Source of the DNA: Vicugna vicugna
Lineage: Eukaryota
Assembly (NCBI GenBank): GCA_013265495.1
Contig: MU059829.1
Span: forward strand, 2,976,001-3,040,000
Length of the DNA: 64,000 bases
Reading direction: 5' to 3'
Both the position numbers and the translations under genes were made by a program. Below are positions 49,245 to 61,090 of the stretch, piece by piece. The first letter of the stretch is position 1. Each line of letters begins with the position of its first letter. The notes under the pieces were generated by a model that ran no database searches, was not told the DNA's origin, and worked only from the letters and a program-made list of their open reading frames with translations.

Positions 49245-51200
49245 AGCTTTAGGAAAACTCTTTTTGTAGATTTCATAGGACTTTCTTCCTAGATGATCTT
49301 CTCAACTACAAATAAATACAGTTTATTTTTTCTCTTGAATCTGAATGTATTTTGTGTATTTTCCTTTCCTAGAGGAACTGGCTAGGACCTACGTTGCAAG
49401 GTTGAGTAGAGTTGATGAGACATTCTTGCCTTATTCCTGATCTTAGTGGGGAAGTATTCTGATTTCCATCATTAAGAGTGATATTAGTTACAGAATTTTC
49501 ATAGATTTCTTTTATCAGGTTGAGGAAGTACCCTTCTGTTTTTAGTTTTTTGGGAGTTTTTACCAAAAATGGCTGTAGGGTTTTTGTGAAAAGTTTTTTT
49601 TTTAATATCTATTGGGGTGATCTTTTTTGTTCGCTTAATTGTTTAGTTGTAATACGATTAATTACAGTGTTGGATCTTCCAATATTAAACCAACCTTGCA
49701 TTCTGGGATAAAATTAACTTGGTCATGATTATCCACTTTATATAAGGTTGGATTTGATTTTCTAATTTTTCTTTTTTTAGATTTTTTTGCATGTGTATTC
49801 ACCAGAGATATTGGCCTATAGTCTTCTCTTGTAATGACTTGGTCTGGTTTTGCTATCAGAGTAATAGTATTGTTCTCATAAAATTAATTGGGAAATATTC
49901 CCTCCACTGGAATATCCTGAAAGAGTTTATGTAGAATTGGTAATATTTCTTAAGTTTTTGAGAGATTCATCAGTGAAGTAACCTGGAATTGGACTTTTCT
50001 TAGAGCTGTTTTTTTTTCTAATTACAAATTCAACTTCTTTTACAGACATATTATCTGTCACTACCTGAGTGAGTAGCTTGTGATAGTTTGCATCTTACAA
50101 GGAATTTTTCTGTTTTATCTAAGTTGTCAAGTTTATTGGCATAAAGTTATTTATAATACTCCCTTATCATTCCTTAAATCAGCAGTGATAGTACAATTCT
50201 AATTGCTGGTATTGGTAATTTGTGCTTTCTATTTTACCTGATCATTGGTGTAGAGCTATATTAATGTTACTGATCTTCTCAAAAAAAGTGCATTTGGTTT
50301 CACTAATTTTTCTCTATTTGTTTATTTTCCTTATATTTCATTGATTTCTGCTCTTTTTTATTTTCTTTCTTCTGATTACTATAGGATTAATTTACTCTTC
50401 TTTTTTCTAGTTTATTAAGATTGAAACTATGGTTTAGGACCTTTTCTAATGTGGGTGTTCAGTGCTGAGAATTTCACTCAAAGAACTTCTTTAACTGCAT
50501 CCCATAAATTTTATGTTTCCCTTTTCATGCAGTTCAAAGTGATTTTCTGTTTTCCCTTATAAAAACTTTGGTTTTTCATGGGTTATTTAAAAGTGTGCTA
50601 TTTATTTTCCAAATATCTTGGGTTTTTTTAAGGATCTTTGTGGTCAGAGAACATACTTTGTATGACTTGAATCCTTTTAAAATTTATTGAAAATTTTTTC
50701 TGGGCTAGAACGTTCTCTATCATGACAAAAATTGCAATGCACTGGAAATGAATGCATGTTCTGTTGTAGTTTGGTGAAGTGCTCTGTAAAGGTTAGGTCA
50801 AGTGAGTTGATAGTGTTGCTCAAGTCTTTATTAGCCTTATTGATTTTGTGAATATGATTGTTCCATCCATTATTGCAAAAGGTGTATGGAAATCTTCTAC
50901 TGCAATTGTCAATTTGTCTGTTTCTCTTTACAGTTTTATCAGTTTTTGCTTCATGTATTTTGAAGCTCTGTTATTAGGTACATATATGTTTAAAATGGCT
51001 ATGCCTTTTTAATGAACTCATCATACCTTTGACGTTATGAAGTGACCCACTTTATCCTTGGCAATATTTTGTGCTTTTGCTAATTTTTTTGCCTTATATT
51101 AACATAAACACTCCAGCTTTCTTTTGATTATCATTAGTGTGGTAAAACTATGTATAGATGTAAATCTGCTTCTTCATTCAATCTGTTACACTAGGTTGTT
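49245..51200 (-). mobile_element. Old L1 ORF2 fragment (RT to endonuclease region), antisense, heavily disrupted
   Basis: ORF 49369..49566(-) KTPKKLKTEGYFLNLIKEIYENSVTNITLNDG...PLRSGIRQECL matches the L1 RT-region motif KTLNKLGIEGxxLNxIKAIYEKPTANIILNG...PLRSGTRQGC. aaccaaccttgcattctgggataaa and tgttttgaagctctgttattaggtacata are L1 strings. Confidence 0.92.
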
Positions 51201-51264
51201 TTGGTTAAAATATTTTTAAAAATTTTGCCTCACTATGGTTGAAAAAGAAATGATATTTTAGAAT

Positions 51265-51867
51265 TTTTTAAATAATTGTTCATATTCTTTTTTGATACTA
51301 TAACAAAAATTTGCAAATTATATTCTTTTAAATGTTAGCTGCACTGTGGAATATTTAACCATACAAGAAATATGTACTTCTTTACATTAAAAGCTGTTGA
51401 TGCAGCTTTCTTCTTGAATTAATGTTTTATATGTGTATGATTTTGTACCATCATGAATTAATAATTTGGCAAATAATCATACATTGAGTACTGAGTTGTT
51501 CCAAACCTTGATACATTTCACTATACAATATCGAAGCTATCACATTTGTTATTATCATGACATATCTTATCAGAAAAATCTTTAAGCTCTGAGGAGCTAT
51601 CAGACTCATGGTAGCAGATACAAATTTTAAAAAATTCTAAATTTTATTGAGTAGTTTCAATTTGACCATGAAAAAAAGAATATAATAGCTTAGTATTATA
51701 AAAATAATGTAATATTATTTAGTAATATAATACAGAATATTGAATATATAAAATATATAATGTATTAATATATTTTAGTATTAAAATAAAAGTAAGTATT
51801 TTAAACACTCTAAAAAGGTCTTGCTACCCACTACAGTGATCTTTGGACCACACCTTGAAAAGATATG
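51265..51867 (-). mobile_element. Charlie1/Charlie1a hAT DNA transposon fragment
   Basis: tttttgatactataacaaaa...tgtatgattttgtaccatcatg...atacatttcactatacaatatc...cttatcagaaaaatctttaag...catggtagcagatacaaatttt; terminal ggaccacaccttgaaaa. An AT-rich expansion lies at about 51690-51795. Confidence 0.8.
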
Positions 51868-53939
51868 CACTGGATATGCTGATTGACTCTATCCAGCATA
51901 AAAATTATTATTGGAGTTACGAGGAGAAAGAATAGACGAAGATAAGAACATCTCTTGAGATATTTGCTATATTGCAACTAAATTAAAATTCTGTGTCACC
52001 CTACTGGTAGTTAGGACTGTGCAGTGCTCCCGGGCTTCAGATGTGCAGCATTTAGGTCTGTTTATTACCGCTTCCCCCACATGACGGCAGAATCCACGTG
52101 CATTCATACACAAACTGGAAGATCAGCATTCTGTAAACATATCTGATGCCCATTAACTGAAATGACATATGAATGTGGCTAGCATATAATAAGCTCACCA
52201 TAAACATTGGTGTTTTAAACAGAGAAAAGGGATATTCTTAATTGTTTAAAGTCTTTTTGAGACTATTTTTAATGAAAGGCAATTCAGTTCTTTCTAAATT
52301 CTTATAATCAAAATGAACGACTAACATATAATCCAAACTAATAACCAACATTGTCAAGATGAGTGGATGGAATTCATTTGTAGTTAGCACTGTAATTATG
52401 TGTAATTTCGGTCTGTTTTTGTTTGAAAAGAGTTCACTTTATTAGGTTGGTAAAATATTCGTCATCTGATTTTATTTATACTATTATTCTTGTTTCTTTG
52501 GAAATCTTTTGTTTTCCTTAGACAGTCTAAATATTCACTCCAGCATTATCTATTAAGAATTCTAAATAAAGGAAGCCTAAATACAAAGCTTTCCTATTTG
52601 GATTTAGATTATCTTGCAGACAGTTTTCCGACAGTTTTCCTTGCCATCAGTCGCTCACTTAAAGACAGTCTATTCATTAGAGCTGAATGTTTATGACCAG
52701 TTTGGTGGAACAACTCAGACACCAATATGTAAGGGATGGACTGGGGTGGGGAGAGTTTATGGGTGGATGCTGCCATTTATTATTCATTTGTCTCCTATGC
52801 TGGTATGAAGCACACCCCACGTACAGGCAGATAGAATTAGCCCCGTTTTTGCAAATACAGCTGTTGAAATTCAGAATGTTAACGTAATAAGGTATCTAAT
52901 CACGGTTTGAGCTGTGATTTGAAACTGAATCTTACTGACCTGAGTTTGAAACAAGGAACTTTGACCTTAATGATTTGTAATAAGGGAAATGAGCATGACT
53001 AAATGTTTTATCACCTGTCAGGACCCCTTGAGAGAAGTGTGCAGTGTGTGAACATCATAGAGTAGCCAAGTGAAGAGTCAAGATAGGCTGAAGTTCAACT
53101 TTGAGCCAGTATTGCAAGCCATGCATTCCAGCATGGGGTTTCCTGTGCTCAGCAGGAGGGAAGCCTTGTTCTAATTGCTCACTGAGACTTGCACAAAGGA
53201 TCCACATGGGCCAGCAGCAGCGTGCTACATGCTGCTCAATGCTATAGTCTCCTTGCATGCATGATGTAAATACCATGTATTATATGTTTGCAGAAATAGG
53301 GTGTATGTTCACAGGTCATAGGTTCTTTTTGTATATTTAGAATCTCAAGATATCATTAAAATTTTTCAGGACATATAATAGGTCCTGAAATTGAATCTGA
53401 GGACCTCCCTGATGGCTCCATGTCTCCTTTTCTCCCATGTGAGCCCCTCTCACTAACCTTTACAACTGAACCCCACTTAACAGCAACCCTAGATTTGTAT
53501 AAATGCACAAGCTGCAGTAGCTATCCTGAAACGCCCTCTTCTTTGGAGTGGCTGAAAAGATTAAGAATTTCATTTATAGATTGTGTATATACTAGGACAT
53601 ACATATGGTGTTCTTTTCCTTAAGAATTGGTTTTTAGTAAGTTCTTTCATTGAATTATTGTTTAAATGATGGAAGAATGAGGGAAACATGGGTCAGTTGT
53701 AGGCTGCTGCAGGTTTTGTTTCTGTAACGTTCAGGGTGTCAGTTAGACAGCCCTGTCTTGTGGATGGGGAGAGGCATGGAGGGGTACCTGGTGGACTCTC
53801 CTTTCCTCCATCCGGTACGTACACCTGCTTTCTTGGCTTGTTGGATTTGTTTTCTTGCTTCTATTTTTTTTCTCACTTGCTATAATAGAAAATTCAGTTA
53901 TACTTTAAAGTTGGAGCAGATGTATAAATGGAAATTCTG

Positions 53940-54410
53940 GCATTCTATTTAACATCAGTTCTCCCCTTCAGCTCTTTATTTCTGTGGTTCTGTGTGTCTA
54001 TGTTTTCCATGATGTGTCGACACCATCCATCCTCTCATGTTGCTGAGAGACGTTTTATTGATGCAGAGCACAGGTGATCCAGAGCTTATGACCCAGCCTT
54101 CACTTCCTTCCAGCCTTTGCTCCAGTGTGTCTTCCTGACCGTGTCTCTGAAGCGCGCTCTTTGTTCACACCCCCTCTCCCCCAAGCTCTCCTTGCTTTGC
54201 TTTTGATTCCCAGCACTGACTGACCAAGACCCAGGAAGATCATACACAGTTTTGACTTGACACACATAATGCCATGTTATTCCCTTTCCCAACAAGGGTG
54301 TAAGGTCTGTAAGGAATGGACTTGGTTTGGTTTCTTACTGCACTGCCAGTGCCCAGTGCAGTTCTCAGCTCATAGTGAGTGTTCAGTAAGTATTTGTCAA
54401 ATCATTCATT
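53940..54410 (+). mobile_element. Degraded L2 3' portion
   Basis: ccatccatcctctcatgttgctga...tgtaaggtctgtaaggaatggacttggtttgg...cagctcatagtgagtgttcagtaagtatttgtcaaatcattca. Confidence 0.65.
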
Positions 54411-54737
54411 TCTATTTTGCATAAGACATGCATTTATATTTACATATTGTGAGGCAATGATAAATGTTGATTTGATACGCAGAATTTTGATTGACAGGTA
54501 AATTTCCAGATATTAATTATGCAAAAAAGATAGTTACTACTTATTTCTTCCATATTCTCTATTAGGCACCAAACTCCTTCTTTTTGCTAGATAGTTCATG
54601 TGTATCGTTGTTAGTCGTAAAGAGAAGAAGAAAATATACATTTCATTATTACTGTTATTAAGAGATCACTGTATTATTCAGCCTGACTTTTCCCATCAAA
54701 TAAGAAAATCATCAGTTTACTCATAAAAGAAACCAAA

Positions 54738-54993
54738 TACCGGGGTCTAATGTATAGCACAGTGACTACAGTTAACAATAGTGTACTGTATACTTGAAAG
54801 CTGCTGAGGGAGTAGATCTTAAAAGTTCTCCCCACACACACAGAGAGCTAGCTATGTGAGGTGCTAGCTGCGTTAGGTAACATTATTATAGTGATTATTT
54901 CACAGCATATACATGTATCAGATTGTCATGCTATACACCTTAAACCTACACAGTGTTACAAGTCAATTGTATCTCAACAAAGCTAGAAAAAAA
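54738..54993 (+). mobile_element. L1MA9/L1MA10-like 3' end, sense
   Basis: ggggtctaatgtatagcacagtgactacagttaacaatagtgtactgtatacttgaaagctgctgagggagtagatcttaaaagttctc...gtcaattgtatctcaacaaagctagaaaaaaa. Confidence 0.92.
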
Positions 54994-56469
54994 GGAATGA
55001 AACATGTTTAAAAAATTTTAGAGTCAGGATTAAGCCCGTATTTGGTGTTTTGTTAATAAGCAACATTTGGGGACTGTAGTGGGAGCAATAGAAAGTTTTA
55101 AAAACACTCAAACTAGGTTTCTTGTTGGAAAAGTTTCCCTGTCTTATGACATGATCCTTTTGCACTCAGTGTTCTCAGAGGAGCGAAGAACTGTCTTTTA
55201 TTTTTTGGTACCCAAGCATCACCTTATTTCTGGATGTAGGGTTGGGTCTGTAAATGATTCCTTTACTCACCTGCACAAGTGGAAAAAACCAGATGCAGGG
55301 GGCCAGTCTGGGCACTTTGCATCTCTAAAGCGGGTTGGTGAGTATAGACCTTTCCCAACTCCCTGCATTTGGGTTTTCAACACCAAAGTGCTCTGACATG
55401 CTCCAAAATACTTTCATATTTTGAAAAAATTTGAGGAACATAGTGCCTTTTCTATGCCCTTTTCCCAAAGGCAGGCTCTCCACTTTGTGCAGAAGTTGCA
55501 CTGCTACTAGGAAACTGAAGTAGTCTAGAAAGGATATTTGCCAGTGACACTGCTCTTTCAAGGGGCATTGACTGTATTTTTAAGAACTGCCTAAAGAAAT
55601 ACCGATATTTTTCTGTTGACTCTATTTGAAGCCTTAATGTCCCTCTGAAAAGGCACACTGAGAATGTTTCAGATCTCAGTTATCTGGCTAAAGCTGTTTC
55701 TGATGAAGAATCCACCACGTAGGGTTTGTGGAACATTCTCCCTCTCTCACTCAGCCTTTAGAATATCTGTAATAGTAAGTTAATTTTTTTTTGTCAAAAT
55801 GTAATACCCATTTGGATAGTTTCCTGGGATAATAGATCATTATTATCGAAGCATACATCAATTCCTTAATTTCAGATTGCAAAAGATAGTTGATTAGTTT
55901 ATAGACCATGACATGTTATCATGGTCATCAGAAATGGGACTTCAGGGATCCTTTAAATACTAGCACTGTTTAAAATGACCTTCTTGAATAGTTTGTTTGC
56001 CAGCTTCCTCCTCTATAGAAGAATGAGTGGGTTGAAGTTGGTGACGATTTCTGTGGTCCCTCGGAGCTGGAAAGCTCTGTGACCCAGAGTCATGTTTTTG
56101 CCTTGGTCTGTTTTAGAATGAGGTCCTGAACAACTTTTGTGATGCTGTTTGGGGGCACCAACAGCCTCTGAGGCTGGAGGACGCGTGTGAGGTAGTCTGA
56201 TGCGCTGGGAGCCGTCAGCTGAGAACAGTGTTAATGCAGTGAGCTTCAAGCAGTGAGCCAGCACACTCATTTGGGGCCATTCTCCCACTCCCCCATGTTC
56301 CCATTTTCTTTAAAGAACTCTTCAGGATCTCTGATTATACATTTCCTGGCCAGCTATGCCTCCATCAAACACTCTGAAGGAAGGAACGAAGGGAGAGAGT
56401 TCGTGGTCACTGGTCTCCGTTAAGGAGAGAGCAGACTGATGACTGGAGCTGCCCTCAATCTTGCCACCA

Positions 56470-56853
56470 GGCACACTTCAGTTACCCTGGGATTCTGACT
56501 TAAGTGATCACGGATATGACCTGGGCATTAGGATTTTTTAATTTCATTGTGGTAAAATACATTTGACATCAAGTTTAGCCCCTTAACCACTTTGAAGTGT
56601 ACGGTTGGGGGGCATTAACGACATTCACATTGTTATGGAGCCACCACCACCATCCAACTCCAGAACTGTTCCATCTCCTGAACTGAAACTCTGCACCCAC
56701 TAAACAACAGCTCCCCACTGCCTCCCCCCACATAACCCGGTAACCCCCGTTCTACTTTCTGATTATGAGTCAGATCACTCTAGGGACCTCAGCGTTAGGA
56801 TTTTTCTAAGCACCCGTGTGATTCTAACGTGTGGGCAAACTTGAGAACAACTG
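56470..56853 (+). mobile_element. MER5B-like hAT element split by an L1MB insertion
   Basis: Left: gggattctgacttaagtgatcacggatatgacctgggcattaggattttt. Right: ctaagcacccgtgtgattctaacgtgtgggcaaacttgagaacaactg. Confidence 0.7.
56539..56791 (-). mobile_element. L1MB-like 3' end with a 14-bp TSD
   Basis: attgtggtaaaatac...ccttaaccactttgaagtgtac...caccaccaccatccaactccagaactgttccatctcctgaactgaaactctgcacccactaaacaac. TSD gc(a/g)ttaggattttt at 56525-56538 / 56792-56805. Confidence 0.9.
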
Positions 56854-57755
56854 GGCGACGTTCACCTATAATAGGATATTAGAAACGGGGGGTGTAACTA
56901 CTCAGATGGGTTTGCATTTGAAAGTAGGGGTTTGATATCGTAAAAGCTGTGGTAGGAAGCATGTAGAAACCTCATCCTTAGAAGCCCCTTCCAGGACATT
57001 CTGTCTTTGCAGTGTCTGTTTGCGGCATAGGAAGTACGGGTGGACAGTTTGGTTCCCACTGCAAAATCCATGCCCAGCCCTGGCCTCTGTTACTAATGTT
57101 CTGGTGAAAATGATGAATGAGCAGCTTCTGTGGGCAGGACTCTCGGGGACCACGAGGGAAGACGGATGGAGGTCAGAAGCCAGGGGCAAATACACAGAGG
57201 ACATCGAGCTGTCTAGAACTTCTGGGTGTTACCCAGCTTGCTGTCACAAGGTTGCGAGAAGGTTAATGAGGAACATCTCCTTCCGCCTGCCCTGTGGACG
57301 CTGGGCACAGAGACCAGTGCAGGAACCGCACGGTGTAGCTCATTCTTCATGACAGCCGCCTTCCTGTTATTGTTACCCATTGTCAGTTTCCATCAGATGG
57401 CAACTCTGCTTTTTAAATACATTGAAACCGTTCGTTTGAATAATAAAACACTTTTTGCAAAGGTTTGAGAGAGTGCTGTTTATGACAGATGTGTGTGTCG
57501 GAGCAGAGGTGAGTGGGTGTGTGTCTCACTCATAATCGCTGCTCCTCTTGATTGGAGCAGTGGCCCCATCTCTTACCCCCTGGGCTCACCTCTGGTACCC
57601 ACTGCACCAGCAAGAATGCCTGCTTACCTTTGCCGAGGGTAGAGCGGCAGCTGGGGCAGGTAAGCAGGGGAGATGCCCCACTCTCAGGATCGAGCCGAGG
57701 AACCTCTGGGTGGTGTCCTGGGGCGACTGAGAGAATCCCTTTCTTTTCTTCCCCA

Positions 57756-57900
57756 TTTTTAAATTGAAGCGTATTTGATTTGCAATGTTGTGTTAACTTC
57801 TGGTGCACAGCACAGTGGTTCAGTTGTGCATATACATACACATCCTTTTGCATCACAGGTTGCTACAAACCATTGAATATGGTTCCCTGTGCCGCACAGG
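57756..57900 (-). mobile_element. Cetartiodactyl/camelid-type L1 extreme 3' end (same family as the 11.6-12.75 kb copy)
   Basis: tttttaaattgaagcgtatttgatttgcaatgttgtgttaacttctggtgcacagcacagtggttcagtt...ttgaatatggttccctgtgccgcacagg aligns in reverse complement to 12604-12750. Confidence 0.9.
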
Positions 57901-59439
57901 AGACAAGATCCCTTGCGGTGCTGAGGCATTTGACCCTTGCTGAGAATTGCTGGTTTAGAGCCCTTTCGTGTTTCTGTGTTTGTGTTCCAGGGTGGCTGGT
58001 TAGTTCACAGAGCGTGTGATTTGTTAGGTGCTCTTTGGACTTGACTCGGATCTATATACAACCAGTCCACCCACTTCCCCCATCAGCTGCGTTCAGCATT
58101 CGTCTTGCACCGCGTTCCTCAATTCCATCCGGAGTGCTCCCTCACCTTCCTGTTTGTAAAAGCAGGGAGGAGAGGAGAGAGACAGGTGGGCAGGCCCCAG
58201 GGGAGACCAGGAAGCCGAGGGTCTGTCAGTGTTGGCTTACTGACGCCATCTACAGCTTCCCACGTGTGTTCCGGAATTAACTCCTCAGCTCTCTTTACAG
58301 CGCAGACTTCTTTCTCAGCAAGTGTGAGGACCAGCGCTGCCCTTGGCAGGAAGAGAGAGGATGCCCTCGGGGTGGGGAGCCCCTCCTGCCCCCAGGCAGG
58401 GCTCCTGTGGCTTTGCTGTTGAGGGATTCTGGGCACCGAAACTTTGCTTTGTGACTTCTGGCTCTGATGAAGTGGAGCCACCTCTGGGAGGGCGAGACAG
58501 GTCACCCAATGGTTCCATTACACCTTGCAGCCTGTGGACACCTCATCAGATCTTGCTCCAAGCAGACCTGGACAACAGACAGGAGAAAAGGAGCAGGAGA
58601 TCCTTGGGCCTGTGGGAAGGACCACCACGAGGAAAGGAGCAGGACACAGGCTGGGAAGGCGGGTGCACATCCACGAGGCCTTGACGCAGCAGGGCAGCGA
58701 GCAGTGGCAGGCCCACCTGGGTCCTGGCTCTGTACTCACTATTCCCAAAGGAAGGGGGAGGAGAAGACGCAGATCTCTCCCCGGGGCCCTGAGCAGTAGG
58801 TTGGGGAACCCACTCCTGTACTTATCAATTCTCTAGATTCCTTAACCAGAGCGAGCTGAGCCCTCCGACCTGTGACGTGCACCTGAGATAAAGGGACAGA
58901 CACAGAAGGAGCAGGAAAGGGATCCCTCTGCTGTGGACGGCCTGCTGGCGGAGGGCTCGGGGGAGACCACGTCACAGCTGGGCTTAAAGGATGAACAGGA
59001 AGGGACCTAGCCATGGAGAAAGTGGGGGTCAGAGGGGGGCGGTGCAGTCCAGGCAGAAGGAAGCGCATGCAGCGACCCCGAGGTGGGAGAGCCCTCCCTC
59101 GCCTCTCTTCCTTGGAGGTCGCAGGAACAGTGAGTGGTGAGAGAAAGCAAAGGTGGGGAGACGGGGAGACTGGGAGGGCCTGTGCCAGCCAGGCACCCCT
59201 GTGTGTTGAGCACCTGCTACACACCGGCCCCGCCTGGGTTTCCCTTGTCAGTCCTGGATCTGACAACTGTCAAACCGCTTGTTGTAACAAGGAGGAAGTG
59301 CGATTCAGAATATTAGGAGGTTTTGCTCAGTGTAGATATAAGCCTAGAGGAAAATATTTGCCATACAGCTTCTGTGTATTTGCAGTTGTTTGCTGATCAA
59401 TCACAGATAGAGGAGATAATTTCAGAGTAAGAGAAAAAG

Positions 59440-59590
59440 ACAGTTTGAATCCATGTATCACATGATTTCGAGCAGGTGACCCCGTAAGTCTCGTTTTTCT
59501 CAAATGGGGTTGAGGCACCTGCAGTGATGGCTTACCGTGGGGGCCCGGGCCAGTGCCTGTCACTCAGTGGGGGGTTAATGATGCTTGTTT
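59440..59590 (+). mobile_element. MIR fragment
   Basis: agtttgaatcc...gagcaggtgaccccgtaagtctcgtttttctcaaatgggg...gccagtgcctgtcactcagtggggggttaatgatgcttg. Confidence 0.5.
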
Positions 59591-60520
59591 CCCTCCGTGC
59601 GCCTCCATGCCTGGGTGGCTCTGGCCATTCTTTGGGTCTGTTCATCACACAAAACACACCTTTGCTGCTGGTCTATGCTGCCCTCCAGCCCTGCTCGCCC
59701 TCCTGGCTGGGGCGGGAGCTGCCCATAGGCTGTGGGCACTCTCCCTTGCTCCTTCCCCTCCCTCCACCTCTGACATGACCCCCTGCCCCAGGTTTCAAGC
59801 TGCAGAGGAGAGAGAACAGCCCGTGAAACAGCTCAAGGCCCAGAGTGTGTTCCCAGACACCAGGAGATGGTCAGGCAGGGGCTGAGGGGCCACAAGACAG
59901 CAGCCGAGAAGGAGAAGGGCCTGTGGGCGGGAAGCATGGCCACAGGGGCTCCCAGCTCCTCAGGGGCCAGTGCCATCGGCCTCACCCGCATTCCCTCCCC
60001 CGCCGGCCTGCTCCTTCCCTGAGTCGTGCGGAAAGGACTGCTGCCGCCATACGGACGGGTGGTGTGCATCTGAGGGTTTAATTTTTCTACTTGGTCAGAC
60101 AATAACGTCCTCATGTTTGCTCAGCAGTGGACCCCTGTGAACTTAAGACATACCTAGAAGATTCAAATTAAATTTCCTTGTGGGAGTAGTCACACGTTCT
60201 TTCCAACGCTGCGTGTCTGAGAGCTCTCGGAGTCTGAAGATCCTGGTCACTCACCCCCTGTTTCTCAGCATTATTGTCGCGTGTATTCTGATGCTGTCAG
60301 GGGTCTTTGTTGTGCGATTATTAACATACAGTATCTAAAAATTCTGTGAAATATGAGTTTCTTTTCTTTCCTTAGGCTGGAGAGAGCCATCTGCTCTCTA
60401 GTATGCTTTTAGTGGTACTAAGTTGCCTTAAGGCTTGAGGAGATGAGTCTAAAAATTGTGGCTATGAGACGAAAAAAATGACCCAAAAATGACACATTCT
60501 ATGTGAAAATCAAGAGGGCA

Positions 60521-61090
60521 GTAAAGGCGTGGCGGCATCGCAGCGGCTGCTCGCGCCCCGCTCTGCCGCGCCGAGGCCCGGAAGGCTGTGCAAACGGCGC
60601 TTCGGACGGCGTCGGGGAGGAGAGGCCCGTTCACACGACCCTTTGTGGCCTGGGATCAGCTGTGCTCATCAGGACGAGGTCCTCCGTTCGTGGAGAACTT
60701 GCAGTTAAGCGTCAAAGTTCCTCTCCCGAGTGGAGCAAGGACTCGTTCACGGGAGAGTCAGTGAGTTCTCTAAAACAGGCCCCTTTGGAATGGAGTCAGG
60801 CGGCTGCAGACACGCTCGCCGGGGGTGCGGGGGCCGCTGTGCTTTGCTCCCCACGACCTTTCACTGCGGCGGCTGGTCGCACGCTCAGGAGATGATCTGA
60901 GCTGACACCGTTGCCTCCTGTTTGTCCTGCGTGTTCATTCCCCACGTACGTCTAGCACAATGTCGTTAGTGCGGTGAACCACGCAGGAGGCCGCGGGAGG
61001 CGTGGCGGTGAACGAACTCCGGCGTTTCCGCGGGGAGCCCCCTTGGAAGCTGCCTCTCCGCCTGGCCTCTCTTCCAGCCTCGTGCCCACC
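60521..61090. promoter_or_regulatory. Intronic CpG-rich cluster (CpG-island-like); function unproven
   Basis: 19 CpG in 60521-60640 by hand count, with further clusters at about 60800-60890 and 60940-61090. GC-box-like gggggtgcgggg and gggaggcgtggcgg are present. I recognised no repeat family here. Confidence 0.45.

Noticed and set aside
49369-49566. Functional reverse transcriptase ORF
   Set aside because: A 65-aa remnant of a decayed L1 ORF2, with stops and frameshifts on both sides.
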